Below, piece by piece: positions 43,912 through 54,176 of a stretch of 64,000 nt of DNA (position 1 is its first letter; every line of letters starts with the position of its first letter). The notes under the pieces were generated by a model. That model had not been told where the DNA came from. It did not search any database and saw only the letters and a list, made by a program, of their open reading frames with translations. The translations under genes were made by a program, and so were the position numbers. Source of the stretch: an uncultured Flavobacteriaceae bacterium (GTDB taxonomy: Bacteria > Bacteroidota > Bacteroidia > Flavobacteriales > Flavobacteriaceae); NCBI GenBank assembly GCA_947503005.1, contig CANNCA010000004.1, positions 144,324-208,323 of the forward strand. The letters run 5' to 3'.

Positions 43912-45458
43912 AGAAGATGAAAAATTGGAGTTTGATTTTTATTGCAATGGCCTTGCCGTTTTCTTCTTGCCAACCCGAAGAGCTACCGGAAACACCCCCT
44001 AACATTGTAGTGTTCTTAGTAGATGATATGGGATGGCAGGATACGTCTGTTCCATTTTGGACTTCACGTACCCCTTTCAATGACCTTTATAAAACTCCGA
44101 ATATGGAGCGTTTGGCGAAGGAAGGAATGAAATTCACCCAAGCCTACGCCACACCCGTCTGTTCTCCAACACGGGTAAGTTTAATGACGGGTATGAACGC
44201 TGCTAGGCACAGGGTCACGAACTGGACATTGCATAAGGACTCCATTAAGACAATGGAAAAAAGTCATCCTGAACTAGAATTTCCACTCTGGAATGTGAAT
44301 GGATTGAGTCCAGTTGGAGGAGATTCTCTGTCCGTGCATGCGATGCCGCTACCCCAAGTATTGCATGATGCCGGATATTTTACAATCCATTCGGGTAAGG
44401 CCCATCTAGGTGCTATTGGAACGCCAGGAGAAAATCCGGTGAACTTGGGTTTTGACATTAATATAGCCGGTCATGCGGCTGGAGCTCCGGAAAGTTATCT
44501 GGGCACGGAAAACTTCGGAAATGGTAAAGATGGTAAAGAAGTTTGGGCTGTACCCGGTCTGAAAAAATTCCATGGTAAGGATATTTTTCTGACCGAGGCA
44601 ATCACCCAAGAAGCCTTAAAAGCTGTTGACTCGGTTGTGACCACCGAACAGCCTTTTTTCCTTTATATGTCTCATTATGCCATACATACACCTATAATGG
44701 GAGATTCACGTTTCCTTGAAAAATATCTGGAAAAGGGGTTGGATTCCACCGAAGCCAAATATGCTAGTATGATCGAAGGAATGGATAAAAGTCTTGGCGA
44801 TATCATGAATTATTTGGAAAAAAAGAATATCGTTGAGAATACCGTTATTTTGTTTATGTCAGATAACGGGGGGTTAAGCGCACACGCTAGGGGTGGAGAA
44901 CCTCATACCCATAATGCTCCACTTTCAAGTGGTAAGGGGTCAATGCACGAAGGTGGAATCCGAGAACCGATGTTGGTCAAATGGCCCGGTAAAATTGAGC
45001 CTGAATCTGTTTCTGATTATCAGCTGATTATCGAAGATTTTTACCCATCCATTTTGGAAATAGCGGGAATCGATAGTTTACAAACCATTCAAAAGGTGGA
45101 TGGCGAGAGTTTTGTGCCCATACTAAAAGGTGAAAAAGAATACAATGGTATTCGGCCTTTGTTTTGGCATTATCCAAATGAATGGGGGCCTACAGGCCCA
45201 GGAATTGGGGCCTCGAGTGCGGTTCGTAAAGGCGATTTCAAGTTTATTTATTACCATGTAGATCAACGAATGGAATTGTTCAATATCGCACAAGATATTG
45301 GTGAGACCGAAAACTTGATGCAGCAAAATCCTGAAAAAGCTAAAGAGATGGCAGCTGTTTTAAGTGAATATTTAAAAGGTGTGAACGCCCAGATGCCAAT
45401 TGACAAGGAAACCAAAACTTTGGTGCCTTATCCCGTGGAAATACTTAACGGAAATTGA
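43908..45458 (+). CDS. S1-family sulfatase (formylglycine-dependent), lipoprotein
   Basis: 516 aa with lipobox (LPFSSCQPEE). It has VDDMGWQD and the signature CSPTRVSLMTGM. Its start overlaps the upstream stop (ATGA). Confidence 0.88.
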   Translation: MKKMKNWSLIFIAMALPFSSCQPEELPETPPNIVVFLVDDMGWQDTSVPFWTSRTPFNDLYKTPNMERLAKEGMKFTQAYATPVCSPTRVSLMTGMNAARHRVTNWTLHKDSIKTMEKSHPELEFPLWNVNGLSPVGGDSLSVHAMPLPQVLHDAGYFTIHSGKAHLGAIGTPGENPVNLGFDINIAGHAAGAPESYLGTENFGNGKDGKEVWAVPGLKKFHGKDIFLTEAITQEALKAVDSVVTTEQPFFLYMSHYAIHTPIMGDSRFLEKYLEKGLDSTEAKYASMIEGMDKSLGDIMNYLEKKNIVENTVILFMSDNGGLSAHARGGEPHTHNAPLSSGKGSMHEGGIREPMLVKWPGKIEPESVSDYQLIIEDFYPSILEIAGIDSLQTIQKVDGESFVPILKGEKEYNGIRPLFWHYPNEWGPTGPGIGASSAVRKGDFKFIYYHVDQRMELFNIAQDIGETENLMQQNPEKAKEMAAVLSEYLKGVNAQMPIDKETKTLVPYPVEILNGN

Positions 45459-45918
45459 AAATAAGTAATCAATACTTTTTTATAAGAAAAAGCCCTAGTT
45501 ATTTCAGATTTGAATAACTGAATATCGTAGCTGCAATTTAAAAATTTACTTCAACTATTTATTGTTTATGAACTTTGATGCGTAGGAGGAAAGGTTAAGT
45601 ACGGGGGTTGAAATTCAGAATACCGTTTATCGATAACACCTTTTAAATAGGACGATATGTTAGTTGTCGATAAACCTTGCAGAACGTCGATATATATTTT
45701 TTCAACCAAGGAGTCAACCTAATTTTACAATTACAACCATTAATATTTTTAAATATTTCCCCTGAATTTTTCCGGTGTGTAGATTAAAATGATAATAAGG
45801 AAAATTATACCCTATTTGTTGATAAATTAATACAGTAAACGAGAGAAACTATTTAAAAATTTTGGAAGTTTAAACTAGTTTTCCAAAATAGTCCAAACCA
45901 ATACCAATTGAACCTCAA

Positions 45919-47328
45919 ATGATCATTTTAAAGGAGTTGTTTTCCGATTTACGTTTTATTGGGCTTTTTGCTGCGATTACTGCTTTTCTGGTATCTACAA
46001 GATTCTATCTATACCCTAATATCATTAACATTTCAAAGACAAAAGGGCTTATGGATACCCCTGGTGAACGTAAAATGCATAAGACTCAAATACCAACCTT
46101 AGGTGGATTAGGAGTGTTCATTGCTTTTTCATTGTCCCTGATTGTTTTCGGATTATTAACTGATTTAATGCAACCAGACCTTGTCAAACTATTGGCACTT
46201 TTAGGTTCGACAATAATCTTGTTGTTTCTTGGTATCAAAGATGACCTAATATCAATGTCGCCCAAGAAAAAGTTTGTTGGGCAACTTTTTGCAGTATTGA
46301 ATGTAGTAGTGTTGACCGATATTCGGATATTGAGTTTGGAGGGACTATTAGGAGTTGGCGAATTACCTTATTTGATTTCCGTTTTGTTTACGGTTTTCGT
46401 ATTTGTTTTGGTCATTAATGCACTTAATCTAATTGACGGCATAGATGGTTTAGCGGGATCAATTGCGGTGATATCAAGTGTTTCGTTCGGCATTTTGTTT
46501 CTATTGAACGGCCACTATATGATGACGCTTATATCTTCAATTCTTGTTGGAGCATTGATCGGGTTTCTCAGATATAATTTATCGAGCAAACAGAAAATAT
46601 TTATGGGCGATTGTGGCTCTATGCTTACTGGATTTCTATTGTCATATCAAGGTGTTAGTTTTCTAGCTCTTAATGGCTCCGAAACGGCCTCGAATACAAT
46701 TTCCAATGCGCCAATTGTTCTTCTTGCGGTGTTGTCGTACCCGTTGTTCGACCTTTTAAGAGTTTTTGCCATTCGAATTAAACAAAAGAGAAGCCCTTTC
46801 AGTGCAGATTCAAATCACATACACCATCGTTTATTGCGTTTAGGACTGAATCATAAAAAAGCTACACTTCTATTATGCATCTGTAATGCTTTCGTGATCG
46901 GATTTACTTTTTTGCTAACTGATTTAGAAATTCACGTTCAGCTGTTAATTGCTGTGTTTACTGGCGCTTCTCTATATTTATTGCCGTTTTTAAAGGTATT
47001 CGAAACAAATATTAACTTGAATGTTACCAGTAAGGAGGTAGAATCTACTTCTGGTACTGCTCAAAAATTTGTAACGAACGACACCTTTGAGTTTGATTTT
47101 AAGCCTATCAATTTCTTTGAGAAAGATAAAAAAGGAGAGAAAGGTAAGGGCATTACTTTGCCGGTAGACTATATCATGAATATGGAGGTGATACTCGACG
47201 CTGAAGATAATTTGTCTTTAAGTACTGAGGACAAGAAACAAAAAGCTCAAAAGACCGAAGCCGTAATTAAGAAGCGAATGATGGCCAAAAGAGCTTCCGA
47301 AATTGAAAAGTTGGTTGAAAAAGAGTGA
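45919..47328 (+). CDS. MraY/WecA-family polyprenyl-phosphate HexNAc-1-phosphate transferase with a long charged C-terminal extension
   Basis: 469 aa. It has a multi-TM core with NALNLIDGIDGLAG and an IFMGDCGS-type motif. The last roughly 110 aa are soluble and K/E-rich. Confidence 0.8.
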   Translation: MIILKELFSDLRFIGLFAAITAFLVSTRFYLYPNIINISKTKGLMDTPGERKMHKTQIPTLGGLGVFIAFSLSLIVFGLLTDLMQPDLVKLLALLGSTIILLFLGIKDDLISMSPKKKFVGQLFAVLNVVVLTDIRILSLEGLLGVGELPYLISVLFTVFVFVLVINALNLIDGIDGLAGSIAVISSVSFGILFLLNGHYMMTLISSILVGALIGFLRYNLSSKQKIFMGDCGSMLTGFLLSYQGVSFLALNGSETASNTISNAPIVLLAVLSYPLFDLLRVFAIRIKQKRSPFSADSNHIHHRLLRLGLNHKKATLLLCICNAFVIGFTFLLTDLEIHVQLLIAVFTGASLYLLPFLKVFETNINLNVTSKEVESTSGTAQKFVTNDTFEFDFKPINFFEKDKKGEKGKGITLPVDYIMNMEVILDAEDNLSLSTEDKKQKAQKTEAVIKKRMMAKRASEIEKLVEKE

Positions 47329-47515
47329 CGTGTAATGTCTTAGTCTGTCGGGAAAACATACGAGTTCTATAAAGCGTATATTTCTTTAGAAATGAGAAAG
47401 TTTTTATGCGAAACTACAGAGAGAACTTGATTTATCATACCCATATCCGAATTGCCTTTCCAATATCTGAACCCAACAATGTCGAGCAAGATGTTGAAGC
47501 CTTAACTACGCAGTT

Positions 47516-49012
47516 GTGACCTCCAAAGAAAAAAATAAAAATAGCGGTAGTTACAGGCAAATAATGAAAGCCACCTCCATTTTCGGAGGTGTTCAGGTGT
47601 TTAATATTATCATTTCGATATTAAGATCAAAAATTATGGCTGTGCTACTTGGACCTGCGGGTATCGGTATTTTAGGGCTATTTAATTCAACTATTTTATT
47701 AATAAGTTCATTAACAAATTTTGGTTTGGGAATAAGCGGTGTAAAAGATATTGCCGCAGCCAATGAAACCCAGGACGAGCTGAGAATTGCCAAAGTTATT
47801 CGAGTAGTTAACCGTTTAGTTTGGTTTACTGGATTTTTTGGCGCATTCGTCACCTTAGCTCTTTCCTCGTGGTTAAGTGAGATTGCTTTTGGGAGCGATG
47901 AATATACCATTGCCTTTGTTTGGCTATCTACCACCGTTTTATTAAAGCAATTGGCGAGTGGGCAATTTGTCATTTTGCAAGGTTTACGGCGGCTTAAAGA
48001 ATTGGCAAAGGCGAATGTGGTAGGTTCAGCTTTGGGCTTGTTGTTTTCCGTCCCGTTGTATTACTACTTAAGAATTGATGGTATTGTACCTGGTTTGATC
48101 ATAACTGCTGTTTTCACCTATATGGTGGCAATCTATTTTGGTAAAAAGGTTAAAACGGAGAAAGTACCACTTACTTCCAAAGAACTGAAACTGGAAGGTA
48201 AGGGAATGATGGTGATGGGTTTTATGTTGAGTTTGAGTGGTATCATGGTACTAGGTGAATCATATGCGATACGGATATTCATTAACAACGTTGGTGGAGT
48301 AGAACAAGTAGGGCTTTACAATGCAGGTATTGCGCTCATATCGACCTATGTGGGCCTTCTTTTTACGGCCATGGAGACGGATTATTATCCTAGACTTTCG
48401 GCGGTCGCCGATGACAACACCAAAGCCAATCTATTGGTAAATCAACAAACCGAAATCGCTCTTTTGATTTTGGCACCCGTATTGGCCGGATTTCTGGTAT
48501 TTATCGATTGGGTCATTATCATCTTGTATTCAAGTGAGTTCATTGCCGTGAACGTTATGATTTTTTGGGCATTTTTGGGCATGTTCTTCAAGGTGCCAGC
48601 TTGGGTGGTAGGGTTTATTTTCATTGCTAAAGGAAAAAGCAAGCTCTTCTTTTGGAGCGAATTGGTATCCAACCTATACCTTTTGGGGCTGAATCTAGTT
48701 GGATATTATTATTGGGGTTTGACGGGCCTTGGTATTTCATTCTTGGTTTCCTACATATTATATCTTATTCAGGTATATGTCATCGCTAGAGTGAAGTATG
48801 GGTTTACATTTCATGGCGATTTTGTAAGAATATTTTCAATTCAGTTTGCATTGGCCTTGATTTGTTTCGGTGCTATCAAATATGTTGATGCTCCATGGAT
48901 TTATATTATCGGAGTTCCAATTATACTTATTTCCGCTTGGTATTCGTTTAAAGAACTGGATAAGCGTATGCACTTAAAGGAGCTATTGAAAAATTATAAA
49001 AAGAAAAAGTAG
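47516..49012 (+). CDS. wzx: Wzx-like oligosaccharide flippase (MOP superfamily)
   Basis: 498 aa with roughly 12-14 TM segments and a typical polysaccharide-biosynthesis-protein N-terminus. The start is GTG at 47516, with an alternative ATG at 47564. Confidence 0.75.
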   Translation: MTSKEKNKNSGSYRQIMKATSIFGGVQVFNIIISILRSKIMAVLLGPAGIGILGLFNSTILLISSLTNFGLGISGVKDIAAANETQDELRIAKVIRVVNRLVWFTGFFGAFVTLALSSWLSEIAFGSDEYTIAFVWLSTTVLLKQLASGQFVILQGLRRLKELAKANVVGSALGLLFSVPLYYYLRIDGIVPGLIITAVFTYMVAIYFGKKVKTEKVPLTSKELKLEGKGMMVMGFMLSLSGIMVLGESYAIRIFINNVGGVEQVGLYNAGIALISTYVGLLFTAMETDYYPRLSAVADDNTKANLLVNQQTEIALLILAPVLAGFLVFIDWVIIILYSSEFIAVNVMIFWAFLGMFFKVPAWVVGFIFIAKGKSKLFFWSELVSNLYLLGLNLVGYYYWGLTGLGISFLVSYILYLIQVYVIARVKYGFTFHGDFVRIFSIQFALALICFGAIKYVDAPWIYIIGVPIILISAWYSFKELDKRMHLKELLKNYKKKK

Positions 49013-49040
49013 TACAGGAATCGATTTGATATACTAATTG

Positions 49041-50279
49041 ATGAAAATAGTCAAAACTGTTTTAGCTTATAGCATTATTTTCTTCCTCATTTATTTGGGG
49101 CCAGAAGAGGTCGGTCCTATCACATTTTCGCAAGTTTGGAAGATACCTTTATTTGTCTTCTTGATTTGGCAGGTTCTTATTATCAGAAATATTCAAAAAC
49201 CGGCTTTTATAAAATGGTCATACGCTCGAGCGGGAAAAAACTTGATTACTAGCGGATTTTCCGTAAGCTACTTTGCAGGCATCATTGATTTTTTAAGGTA
49301 TATGATGTTTCCTTTGATGTATGAATATGCCTCGATCAAGATAAGGAGTACAAAACATCTAGATAAAATACTGCTTGGTTTTGCACAGTTTGTCATCTTG
49401 TCAGGAGTGCCATTTGTTTTAGGTATCATTCAGAGCAAGGCCAAAGATACCCTAGCGTTTCAAGAATTCAATAGCTTCTCAGGGATGTTTCAAAACTCTC
49501 ATGGTGCAGCAATTACAACAACAACCGCGGTTTTGATTTTATTGGCCTTCCTAAAAATGAAATCGAGCATCATTCGGTATAAAAAATTGAATTATGTATT
49601 GTTGACATTCGGTATTTATTTGATTTATCTGACCTACATTCGAACCGGTTATGCGATGTTCTTTGTCGGGCTAGTATTCCTTTTTATGCCGAAGAAACTT
49701 TCGGTTAAGCAAATTGTAACTGCTAGTTTGGCCGTTTCGGTTTTGATTTTCGCCTTCTTTTATTTGCTGGAAACGAGTGAAGACTTTTACAACCGTATTT
49801 TCGATATACGAAATGGTAGGCAAACCGCTGCGGGTTCTGGTAGGCTGTTGTTTTGGGAGGCCTCGGTTGAGCTATGGTTCAATGGCAATCTTTTTGAAAT
49901 GCTTTTCGGTTTTGGCTTTGATGGTCTTTTAGACGCAATTTATAAAGCAGTGGGTTTAAGGGTATACGCGCATAATGAATTCTTTACACAGTTGGGTCAG
50001 AACGGACTTCTTGGCATCGTATTTTTCATAGGATATCTTGTTTCCTTGTTTAAATTTATTTGGAAAAGACGAAAACGACACTCGTACAGATTAGCAATGG
50101 CTACCTACTTTTTATACGTTTCGCTGATGATTACCCAAGGGGGTATGTGGTTTGAACTCGATGTTTTTATGGTTCTGGTATTTGTAAAATTGGAATTTGA
50201 AGAGAAGTTATATAGAAGAAGCATAGGGGTTCAACAGCAGAATGATCCTCCTTCGCAGCCAACTCTAATGACCAGTTGA
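49041..50279 (+). CDS. wzy: O-antigen polymerase/ligase-family membrane protein (Wzy-like)
   Basis: Multi-TM protein with a Wzy_C-type loop (RVYAHNEFFTQLGQNGLLG). Confidence 0.7.
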   Translation: MKIVKTVLAYSIIFFLIYLGPEEVGPITFSQVWKIPLFVFLIWQVLIIRNIQKPAFIKWSYARAGKNLITSGFSVSYFAGIIDFLRYMMFPLMYEYASIKIRSTKHLDKILLGFAQFVILSGVPFVLGIIQSKAKDTLAFQEFNSFSGMFQNSHGAAITTTTAVLILLAFLKMKSSIIRYKKLNYVLLTFGIYLIYLTYIRTGYAMFFVGLVFLFMPKKLSVKQIVTASLAVSVLIFAFFYLLETSEDFYNRIFDIRNGRQTAAGSGRLLFWEASVELWFNGNLFEMLFGFGFDGLLDAIYKAVGLRVYAHNEFFTQLGQNGLLGIVFFIGYLVSLFKFIWKRRKRHSYRLAMATYFLYVSLMITQGGMWFELDVFMVLVFVKLEFEEKLYRRSIGVQQQNDPPSQPTLMTS

Positions 50280-50335
50280 AAAGATTAAAATACATTAGGT
50301 ATAGCGCTTTACGCCAATTATCTTATTTAGCAAGT

Positions 50336-51433
50336 ATGAAAAAGAATATCATCATTACTGTTCCCCAGTTATCATCTGCAGGAGGAGTAAGTTCTTTTTG
50401 GAACGCACTGTTGCCTGAAATGTCCGAATGGGAAGATGTGCAACTCGAAACACTTGAAATAGGGGGTCATGGCAAGAATATACTTGGACCTTTAATGGAT
50501 CAGAGGAATTTTAAAAAGACCATTAGTTCAGGCGTGGATTTAGTGATCTTGAACCCTTCCCTTGGTTATCGAAGTTTTTTTAGAGACGCACTTTTTGCAA
50601 AACAGTTGTTTAATAAGAACATTAAATTTGCCGTATTTTTCCATGGATGGGATTTAGAATTTGAAGAAAAAGTAGCTAATAAGTATACCAAGATCTTTCG
50701 TTCCTCTTTTGGAAAGGCTACGTGTATATTCGTGCTGTCACCTGAGTTTAAAGAAAAACTGAAGGAATGGGGATTTGAAGGAAAAGTTTTTGTAGAGACC
50801 ACCACTGTTGATGCAAAATTGCTCGCCAATTTCTCTGCCGAACAAAGATTTGCGGATTCAAAAATACCTTCAAAAATAAAAATCTTGTTCTTATCAAGGC
50901 TCATACGCGAAAAAGGAATTTATGAAACTATAGACGCTTTTAAAAACCTCAGACGTAAGTATTCCAATCTTGAGTTGATTGTTGCTGGAGACGGAAAAGA
51001 ATTTGATGATGTAGCTGCCTATGTGGAAAAGGAAAGCGGTATTACCGTGACAGGTCACGTTGAGGGAGAAAAGAAAATAGATCTTTTTAAGAGAAGTCAT
51101 ATTTATTGTTTGCCAAGTTATAGTGAAGGTTTGCCAACTTCTGTGTTAGAGGCAATGGCATTTGGCCTACCTATTATCACCACAGCAGTAGGTGGCTTGA
51201 AAGATTTTTTTCAGGATGGAAAAATGGGATATTTCGTCGATTTGAATAGAGAGGGAGAGTTAGAACAAAAATTGGAATTGTTATTGTCCGAAAAAGAGCT
51301 GATTAAGGAGATTGGTAAATACAATTATGACTATGCCATGGAAAACCTCATTGCTACGGTAGTAGCTAAAAAACTATATAAGTACTTTCAAACGATAATG
51401 GTTGATACTATTAATTCTAAAAGCCATGAGTAG
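50336..51433 (+). CDS. GT4-family glycosyltransferase
   Basis: It starts MKKNIIITVP. It has a GT-B C-terminal E-x7-E region (LPSYSEGLPTSVLEAMAFGLPIITTAVGG). Confidence 0.8.
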   Translation: MKKNIIITVPQLSSAGGVSSFWNALLPEMSEWEDVQLETLEIGGHGKNILGPLMDQRNFKKTISSGVDLVILNPSLGYRSFFRDALFAKQLFNKNIKFAVFFHGWDLEFEEKVANKYTKIFRSSFGKATCIFVLSPEFKEKLKEWGFEGKVFVETTTVDAKLLANFSAEQRFADSKIPSKIKILFLSRLIREKGIYETIDAFKNLRRKYSNLELIVAGDGKEFDDVAAYVEKESGITVTGHVEGEKKIDLFKRSHIYCLPSYSEGLPTSVLEAMAFGLPIITTAVGGLKDFFQDGKMGYFVDLNREGELEQKLELLLSEKELIKEIGKYNYDYAMENLIATVVAKKLYKYFQTIMVDTINSKSHE

Positions 51434-52607
51434 TAAGGAATTAATAGAAAAATTCTGTTTGAAGGATAATCTTGAGAGTTTTGACCCTTATGATGTTTGG
51501 ATGACCGATTTCGGAATTCGTGTAAAGCAATTATATAATACGAACAAGATGCTAGGCATTCTACCAGCTGCGGTAGTCACTATTTGGGATTATTTCTTGA
51601 ATAATACCAGGAGGTTCGGATATAAAAAACAAGAATATCCAACGGCTAGGGCGATGGCGGCTTTGACCTTGCTCAATTTGTATTCTGATTCTCGTGAAGA
51701 AGAACATCTTGTTTTTGCCAAAAAGCACATTGACTGGTTGATTGCCCATAGCTGTAGGGGATATTCAGGTTTATGCTGGGGCCTAGGCTTTAAGTGGGCG
51801 GCCGGCGATGGATTGGATTATAATGAAAACACTCCCTTTAGTACGCATACCCCCTATGTATTGGAAGCCTTACATAAGTATATTAAAGTTACTGGTGACT
51901 TGGAATATTTGCCGTATATGAAGAGCATATACAATTTTTATGAAAATGATATACAAATCATGTATGAAGATGAAATAGCATTGGCAACATCCTATGGCCC
52001 AGAGAAGGATCGTCTAATAACTAACGCAGTTTCATATACATTATTCGCCTACACAATCTTTTTGGGCTACTTTCCTGAGAAAGGGGACATGATAAAGGGT
52101 AAAATTCGAAAACTTTTTAATTTTATTCAAAGAAAACAACTTTCCAATGGTTCCTGGTTATATGAACCTGATAATCCCAATTCTTTTATCGATTGTTTTC
52201 ACTCATGCTTTATTATAAAGAATGTCTATAAAGCCAATCAGCTTGTTCCGCTCTCAGGTAGTGAAGAGATCATAACTTCAGGTTATCGCTATCTCAAAGA
52301 AAATTTTTATAATCCAGATTACGAACTCTTCAAACGATTTACCCTAAGTAACAAACCTTCGATTGTCAAATTTGATTTATATGATAATGCAGAGGTGTTG
52401 AACCTAGCGATTCTACTTAGCGATAAAGAGTTGATTTTCAACTTGAATACGTCCATTAAGGAGCATTTTATTTCAGAGAATAATATTTATTCCGCGATTG
52501 ATTTTTTAGATTTAAGACGAAATAAAAATACGCTCAGATGGGCAGCCATGCCTTATTTACATGCACTTTCCAATATCAAAAAAAATGATTTGAAACCAGT
52601 TGAATAA
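51426..52607 (+). CDS. Hypothetical protein in the EPS locus (helical, possibly alpha/alpha-toroid-like)
   Basis: It starts MSSKELIEKF at the ATG at 51426, which overlaps the GT4 stop. It has no signal peptide and no motif I can name. Confidence 0.5.
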   Translation: MSSKELIEKFCLKDNLESFDPYDVWMTDFGIRVKQLYNTNKMLGILPAAVVTIWDYFLNNTRRFGYKKQEYPTARAMAALTLLNLYSDSREEEHLVFAKKHIDWLIAHSCRGYSGLCWGLGFKWAAGDGLDYNENTPFSTHTPYVLEALHKYIKVTGDLEYLPYMKSIYNFYENDIQIMYEDEIALATSYGPEKDRLITNAVSYTLFAYTIFLGYFPEKGDMIKGKIRKLFNFIQRKQLSNGSWLYEPDNPNSFIDCFHSCFIIKNVYKANQLVPLSGSEEIITSGYRYLKENFYNPDYELFKRFTLSNKPSIVKFDLYDNAEVLNLAILLSDKELIFNLNTSIKEHFISENNIYSAIDFLDLRRNKNTLRWAAMPYLHALSNIKKNDLKPVE

Positions 52608-53066
52608 GGAAGTGTTTGTAGATATAAATTCTTAATTTTTAAATAGTTAGTGCGCTTTATATAAAATGAGATGATAAGCTTAAATCTAAGTCCAGATACA
52701 CAAATAATTGGTATTAGCCTTTTGTAGGGATTTCATTATATTCGTCTTTCAAATGTAGTTTTGTAAAAGATTCAAATTAGTGGATAGATGAAAAGGTAAT
52801 TTATGAATGAATTTTTTAGGAAGGATTAATTTATTTTGATGCATCGATTAAAACTTATCCCTTCGATAATAAATTACCAAACACGGCATATATGCTCAAT
52901 GTAGTCAGTAGTTAGAAAAAGGGCACGTATAATTAAGTCTATGCCGATGGAATTGAATCTGATTTAGTTTTTTTCTAGTAACCCCCCCCAAATAAATAGA
53001 ATTAAGTAAAATAGTGTTTAACCCCTTGTTGTTATGAATTTTCAACAGGAATTTAAATAATTTTTG

Positions 53067-53792
53067 ATGTTAAAATTTTTACAAAAAGATTTAACCGTTG
53101 AAGTAGCAAAAAAGCTATTATTAAGATTATTGTTTATCGATTTAATCTTTATTATTATTCATATTACGGTCTGCCTTGTTTATTATCTTGGTTACATAGA
53201 AGATTTTGGAGAATATAATTTTCTAGTTTTAACTCAAGATGAAAGCTATGCAGAAGTGTTTCAATATTTGAAGTATATAGCATTCATTGTGATGACCATT
53301 TATTTGATTTCAATTGAAAAAGCATATGCTTATATTTCTTGGGTAATCCTTTTTTTGTTTTTCCTTTTAGACGATTCTTTATCTCTTCACGAATTAGCAG
53401 GGGAATTTCTAGCTGAAAAATATCATTTTGAACCCAAGTTTGGGCTTAGAGCAGTGGATTTTGGGGAATTAAGCTTTGTCGCGGTGATGGGTTTGATAAT
53501 CTTATCTGCTTTGGGGATAGCATACTTTAAAGGTGGTGATGTATTTAAAAAAAGAACTCATGTGCTGTTATTTTTACTAGGTTTCTTGGTGGTATTTGGT
53601 GTCGGTTTTGACATGTTACACGAAATCCTTGGTGAAAATTTAAAAGTTGGTTTTGTGATAGGGTTGATTGAGGATGGGGGTGAAATGATAATTGTAACCC
53701 TTATGGTTTGCTATATATATCAACTTATCAAACCAGTAGAAACCTATCGAATAAATATTTTGACAATATTTTCTCCTAATAAAAATAAATAA
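53067..53792 (+). CDS. Hypothetical polytopic membrane protein
   Basis: About 241 aa with around 6 hydrophobic segments, very AT-rich. It is flanked by two long AT-rich non-coding stretches inside the EPS locus. Confidence 0.5.
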   Translation: MLKFLQKDLTVEVAKKLLLRLLFIDLIFIIIHITVCLVYYLGYIEDFGEYNFLVLTQDESYAEVFQYLKYIAFIVMTIYLISIEKAYAYISWVILFLFFLLDDSLSLHELAGEFLAEKYHFEPKFGLRAVDFGELSFVAVMGLIILSALGIAYFKGGDVFKKRTHVLLFLLGFLVVFGVGFDMLHEILGENLKVGFVIGLIEDGGEMIIVTLMVCYIYQLIKPVETYRINILTIFSPNKNK

Positions 53793-54176
53793 TGAGGACA
53801 GCTAATGAATTCTATCTCCGGTATTTAAAACCCGTTAGCACGGTTTAACTCGTTACTTATTTTTGTTTTACGTCGATTAGTTGCTTTTCATTGTATGCTA
53901 TAATTTAAGAATATCGCATCGAACTAATTGGCTTGGTTGCTGTGTAATGAGTATTCAACTTGGTAATATATTTTGAGTTGGACGCAATTTTTAAGTATCC
54001 AGAACAAATCAAGAATGATTTGTTGGAAATAAGTTTGATACTGTACGTACGTAAGCCGATAGATACGGTGTTTTGTCGGTATTTTGCGACTTGGGTTGAC
54101 TCAAACATTTACTTTTGAATACGATTTGCGCCAAAGGAAAATTCTAAGCGGCAAAAATCAAAACCAAGAATTGTTT

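Noticed and set aside
43580-44080. 166-aa minus-strand ORF spanning the junction of the two sulfatase genes
   Set aside because: It overlaps two sulfatase ORFs with unmistakable signatures on the opposite strand.
42316-45458. The idea that the sulfatase pair belongs to a PUL or to the EPS locus
   Set aside because: There is no SusC/D, glycoside hydrolase or regulator adjacent. A 460-bp spacer with a hairpin separates the pair from the EPS genes. It is kept only as a low-interest observation.
53905-54108. 67-aa minus-strand ORF upstream of the AsnB-like gene
   Set aside because: It lies in AT-rich non-coding DNA, has no motif, and overlaps the 5' extension of the asnB ORF, whose real start is the MCGILG Met at 54177.
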